This document shows positions 54,943 through 57,942 of a DNA stretch of 57,942 bases, piece after piece. Location: contig CAZSGR010000001.1 in assembly GCA_964606185.1 (NCBI GenBank), positions 1 to 57,942 of the forward strand, given 5' to 3'. Positions within the stretch are counted from its first letter, which is position 1; every line of letters starts with the position of its first letter. The stretch comes from an uncultured Eubacteriales bacterium. Lineage in GTDB: Bacteria > Acidobacteriota > Aminicenantia > Aminicenantales > Aminicenantaceae. Made by a program: the position numbers and the translations under genes. The notes under the pieces are model-generated. The model was not told the origin of the DNA and ran no database searches. It was given only the letters and a program-made list of their open reading frames with translations.

Positions 54943-55218
54943 AGCCTGGCGGACTCGCCGGGGATAAAGAGCACAGGCCAGTACGAAAAGGGATTCAATA
55001 ATATATTCCTCGAATGAGTTTTGTGACGCAGAGAATAAGACAAATGGAAGGGATGAAAGGCACAACCACTTCTTACAGGTTTTTCCAGAAGTAGGTTCTC
55101 ATCAATTTTATTTAGGCAATATAATGACTAAAATACACGAGAATGGCATCGCTCCCTTCCCGTGTATTTTTCCCATTCTATCTGGAAGAGAATCCAGAAG
55201 TATTTTGGGGAGGAAAGA

Positions 55219-56589
55219 ATGAAAATCAAACCTGAAATTTTCAGACAGTATGACATAAGAGGACTCGTCGATAAAGACCTGACCCAAGAAACGGTCGAAT
55301 TGTTGGGCAAAGGGATCGGCACTTATTTCCGGTGGAACCAGAGAAAAGAAGTGGCGCTGGGAAGGGACTGCCGGCTCAGCTCTCCTCTTTATTCCAAAGC
55401 GCTGGCCAAAGGTCTTCTCTCAACAGGTTGCGAAATCGTCGACCTCGGCATCATCCCCACTCCTCTTCTTTACTTCACTATATACTATAAAAAAATTGAG
55501 GCTGGAGTGATCATCACCGGCTCCCATAATCCGCCGGAATATAACGGGTTCAAGATGATGGCGGGGGAGGAAACGCTCTACGGGGCAGCCATCCAGGATA
55601 TATTCACTATCATCCAAAACGAAGATTTCATAGAAGAAAAAAGCGCCGGCACCAAAGACTATAATATTGTCCCCGAATACCAGGAATATGTTTTGAAAAA
55701 CATCAAACTTGAAAAAAAGTTGAAAGTGGTCGTGGACGCGGGGAACGGAACGGCAGGCGTTGTTGCCGTTCCCATTTTTAAAAAAATGGGATGTGAGGTT
55801 ATCGAGCTCTACTGCGAGATGGACGGCAGGTTCCCCAACCATCACCCGGACCCGACTCTCCCAGAAGCCCTTGAAGATTTGGTCCAAAAAGTGAAAGAAA
55901 CGAAAGCGGACCTGGGGATTGCCTACGATGGGGATGGAGACAGGATCGGCATAATCGACGATGAGGGAAATATCATCTGGGGAGACGTGCTCATGGTACT
56001 TTTCGTTCGTGATATTCTTCCCTCCAACCCCGGAGCTCCCATAATTTCAGAAGTCAAAGCCTCCAAAGTCCTGTATGATGAAATCGAGAAACTGGGCGGC
56101 CGGCCCATCATGTGGAAAACAGGGCATTCCTTGATCAAGAAAAAAATCAAGGAAGAAAAGGCCCTTCTGGCCGGAGAGATGAGTGGTCATATCTTCTTTG
56201 CGGACCGATTTTTCGGTTTTGACGATGCCATTTACTCCTCAGCCCGTCTTCTTGAGCTTCTCTCCCGGTCCGACAAAAGAATCTCGCAGATGCTTTCAGA
56301 CCTGCCCAAGACTTTCAGCACTCCTGAGATCAGGATATACGCCTCAGACGAAGTCAAATTCAAAATCGTGGAAGAAGTCAAAAAAGAATTATCCCATAAA
56401 TACCCCATCATCGATATCGACGGAGTCAGGGCCATCTATCCCGGCGGATGGGGATTGGTCCGTGCTTCCAACACTCAAGAAGTCCTGGTTCTTCGTTTTG
56501 AAGGTGATACAGAAAAAGACCTGGAAAATATTGAGAGCGAGGTTAAACAGGTCATCGAGGAAGTCATCCAAAGGTTAGAACGAACTTGA
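55219..56589 (+). CDS. Phosphomannomutase / phosphoglucomutase
   Basis: MKIKPEIFRQYDIRG, active-site loop TGSHNPPEYNGFK, Mg site DGDGDR, GEMSGH. GGGGAGGA RBS before ATG 55219. Confidence 0.92.
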   Translation: MKIKPEIFRQYDIRGLVDKDLTQETVELLGKGIGTYFRWNQRKEVALGRDCRLSSPLYSKALAKGLLSTGCEIVDLGIIPTPLLYFTIYYKKIEAGVIITGSHNPPEYNGFKMMAGEETLYGAAIQDIFTIIQNEDFIEEKSAGTKDYNIVPEYQEYVLKNIKLEKKLKVVVDAGNGTAGVVAVPIFKKMGCEVIELYCEMDGRFPNHHPDPTLPEALEDLVQKVKETKADLGIAYDGDGDRIGIIDDEGNIIWGDVLMVLFVRDILPSNPGAPIISEVKASKVLYDEIEKLGGRPIMWKTGHSLIKKKIKEEKALLAGEMSGHIFFADRFFGFDDAIYSSARLLELLSRSDKRISQMLSDLPKTFSTPEIRIYASDEVKFKIVEEVKKELSHKYPIIDIDGVRAIYPGGWGLVRASNTQEVLVLRFEGDTEKDLENIESEVKQVIEEVIQRLERT

Positions 56590-56743
56590 GCCTGAATGTG
56601 CATTTGACTCAGAGCATCTTTTTTAAGGCCCCACAGGAGTGGATCCAATATTTTTTTATTTTTTCTCCTCGAGGTGAACGGGTTGTCCTTTCCGGCCTTT
56701 TTTCTCGATTTAACACTTCAGTTTTGTTTTAAAGGAGTTTCAA

Positions 56744-57820
56744 ATGGACCTTCGAGTGATCATCATGGCGGGAGGAGCCGGCACACGATTCTGGCCGGTG
56801 AGCCGGAAAAACAAACCGAAGCAGTTTCTCCCGATAGTGAGCGAAAAAACAATGATTGAGGAGACGATCGACCGCCTTTCCCCTCGAGTTCCTTTGAACA
56901 ACATCTACACAATCGCCAATCCTGAAAAGACGGAGACAATTAAAAGCCTTTTCTCCGGCATTCCGGATGAGAACTTTCTGGTAGAGCCCAGGGGAAAAAA
57001 CACGGCTCCCTCTTTAATACTGGCCACAGCCCGGATCTATCTCCAGAATCCAGAGGCAGTCGTTGCCGCTTTGCCGGCTGACCATCTGATAAAGAATTCT
57101 TCTCTCTTCCTCAAGAAATTCGAGGCCGCCGCCAGCGCTGCCTCAAACGGAAACTACCTGGTCACCTTTGGAGTCCCTCCAGCCTACCCGGCCACAGGAT
57201 ACGGGTACATCCGGTTTTCCATGGATAATCCGCTCAAAACGCTGGAGGAGTACTTCTATAACGTACAGGAATTCAAAGAAAAACCGGGTCTTGAACAGGC
57301 CAAAATATTTCTTAAAGAAGGGAATTATTTCTGGAATTCAGGGATGTTCCTCTGGCAGGCGGGTGTATTCGCCCAGAAGCTCGAACGTTTTGCGCCAGAT
57401 ATGTTTTCTTACTGGACAAAAATCCTGGAGGCTCTCAAAACCAACGATGGGGCGCGAATCTCTTCCCTGTTCGAAAAGATTCCTTCTCTCTCCATCGACT
57501 ACGCCCTGATGGAAAAGGCTGAAGGCGTCCTGATGGCCAAGGGTGACTTTGGCTGGTCTGATGTGGGCGCCTGGTCCTCTCTGGCCGAGATATGGCCCCA
57601 GGACAAGACAGGAAATGCCTTGAAAGGAGAAAATATCATCCTGGATTCCCGGGATTGTCTCGTCTATAATCCCGGCAAGCTCACAGCCTTGATAGGGGTG
57701 AAGGACATCATCGTCGTGGATACTGAAGACGCCCTTCTCGTCGTTCACAAGAGCCAGGATCAGAAAGTGAAGGAAATCGTGGAACAGATCAAAAAAAAGA
57801 AAAAAACAGAATACCTGTAG
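56744..57820 (+). CDS. Mannose-1-phosphate guanylyltransferase (no isomerase domain)
   Basis: 358 aa. IIMAGGAGTRFWPVSRKNKPKQF, PADH, GYGYI, FKEKP, WNSGMFLW, SIDYALMEK. Confidence 0.9.
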   Translation: MDLRVIIMAGGAGTRFWPVSRKNKPKQFLPIVSEKTMIEETIDRLSPRVPLNNIYTIANPEKTETIKSLFSGIPDENFLVEPRGKNTAPSLILATARIYLQNPEAVVAALPADHLIKNSSLFLKKFEAAASAASNGNYLVTFGVPPAYPATGYGYIRFSMDNPLKTLEEYFYNVQEFKEKPGLEQAKIFLKEGNYFWNSGMFLWQAGVFAQKLERFAPDMFSYWTKILEALKTNDGARISSLFEKIPSLSIDYALMEKAEGVLMAKGDFGWSDVGAWSSLAEIWPQDKTGNALKGENIILDSRDCLVYNPGKLTALIGVKDIIVVDTEDALLVVHKSQDQKVKEIVEQIKKKKKTEYL

Positions 57821-57836
57821 AGAGAAACATTCCATC

Positions 57837-57942
57837 ATGTTAGACCTGAAAAAGAATGAAACAATCCTCAAAAAAGCGATCAAACGCGCCAGAGAACGCC
57901 ACATCATCATTCCCACATTCCGACAGATGCAAAACCCGGAGC
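57837..57942 (+). CDS. 5' fragment of an unidentified CDS running off the window. The N-terminus is reminiscent of PLP-dependent beta-family (cysteine synthase/TrpB-like) enzymes
   Basis: The ATG at 57837 opens MLDLKKNETILKKAIKRARERHIIIPTFRQMQNPE, with no stop before the window end. The family guess is from memory of similar RERNIIxPTFxQMxxP N-termini only. Confidence 0.3.
   Translation, partial: MLDLKKNETILKKAIKRARERHIIIPTFRQMQNPE

Overview
57.9-kb chromosomal window from a diderm bacterium (Kdo/LPS genes, TolC-family and beta-barrel outer-membrane proteins). The lineage cannot be assigned from the sequence alone. About 57 protein-coding genes are supported, plus rpmH, which is too short for the ORF track. 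I saw no rRNA, tRNA, CRISPR array, transposase, integrase or phage gene. Layout, left to right: uvrA; an orphan membrane-anchored E/K-rich protein; an NhaC-type antiporter; a SagB-type nitroreductase; a 33-codon deacetylase remnant; serine hydrolase-recA. Next comes a long minus-strand block: hbd-thiolase, radC-fhs, a translationally coupled sdhCAB-Rieske-cytochrome b operon, and a sigma-54 operon encoding three exported proteins plus its own sensor kinase and bEBP. A 400-bp AT-rich divergent control region follows. The plus strand then carries an ECF sigma / anti-sigma / LTxxQ protein / MacAB-type pump / TolC cluster running straight into an OMF-MFP-HME-RND pump, then an Sm-like protein with pdxA, and smpB-CNNM-carD on the minus strand. 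The window ends with the origin-proximal string rpmH-rnpA-yidD-yidC-jag-mnmE-mnmG-parA-parB, continued by bactofilin, kdsB-pyrG-kdsA-kdsD-kdsC and GDP-mannose genes. Most interesting observations: (i) two divergent envelope-stress modules at 19.5-37.5 kb, with a perfect sigma-54 promoter on one side and two copies of an identical ECF-type promoter architecture (GGAAGATT-N13-CGTCTAAA) on the other; (ii) complex II and a cytochrome c-less Rieske/cyt b complex in one tightly coupled operon with a single 102-aa anchor; (iii) a ~220-bp composite repeat present as an inverted pair 34.8 kb apart; (iv) a parS site inside the 3' end of mnmG. All product calls rest on motifs recognised by eye; no database search or computation was possible.
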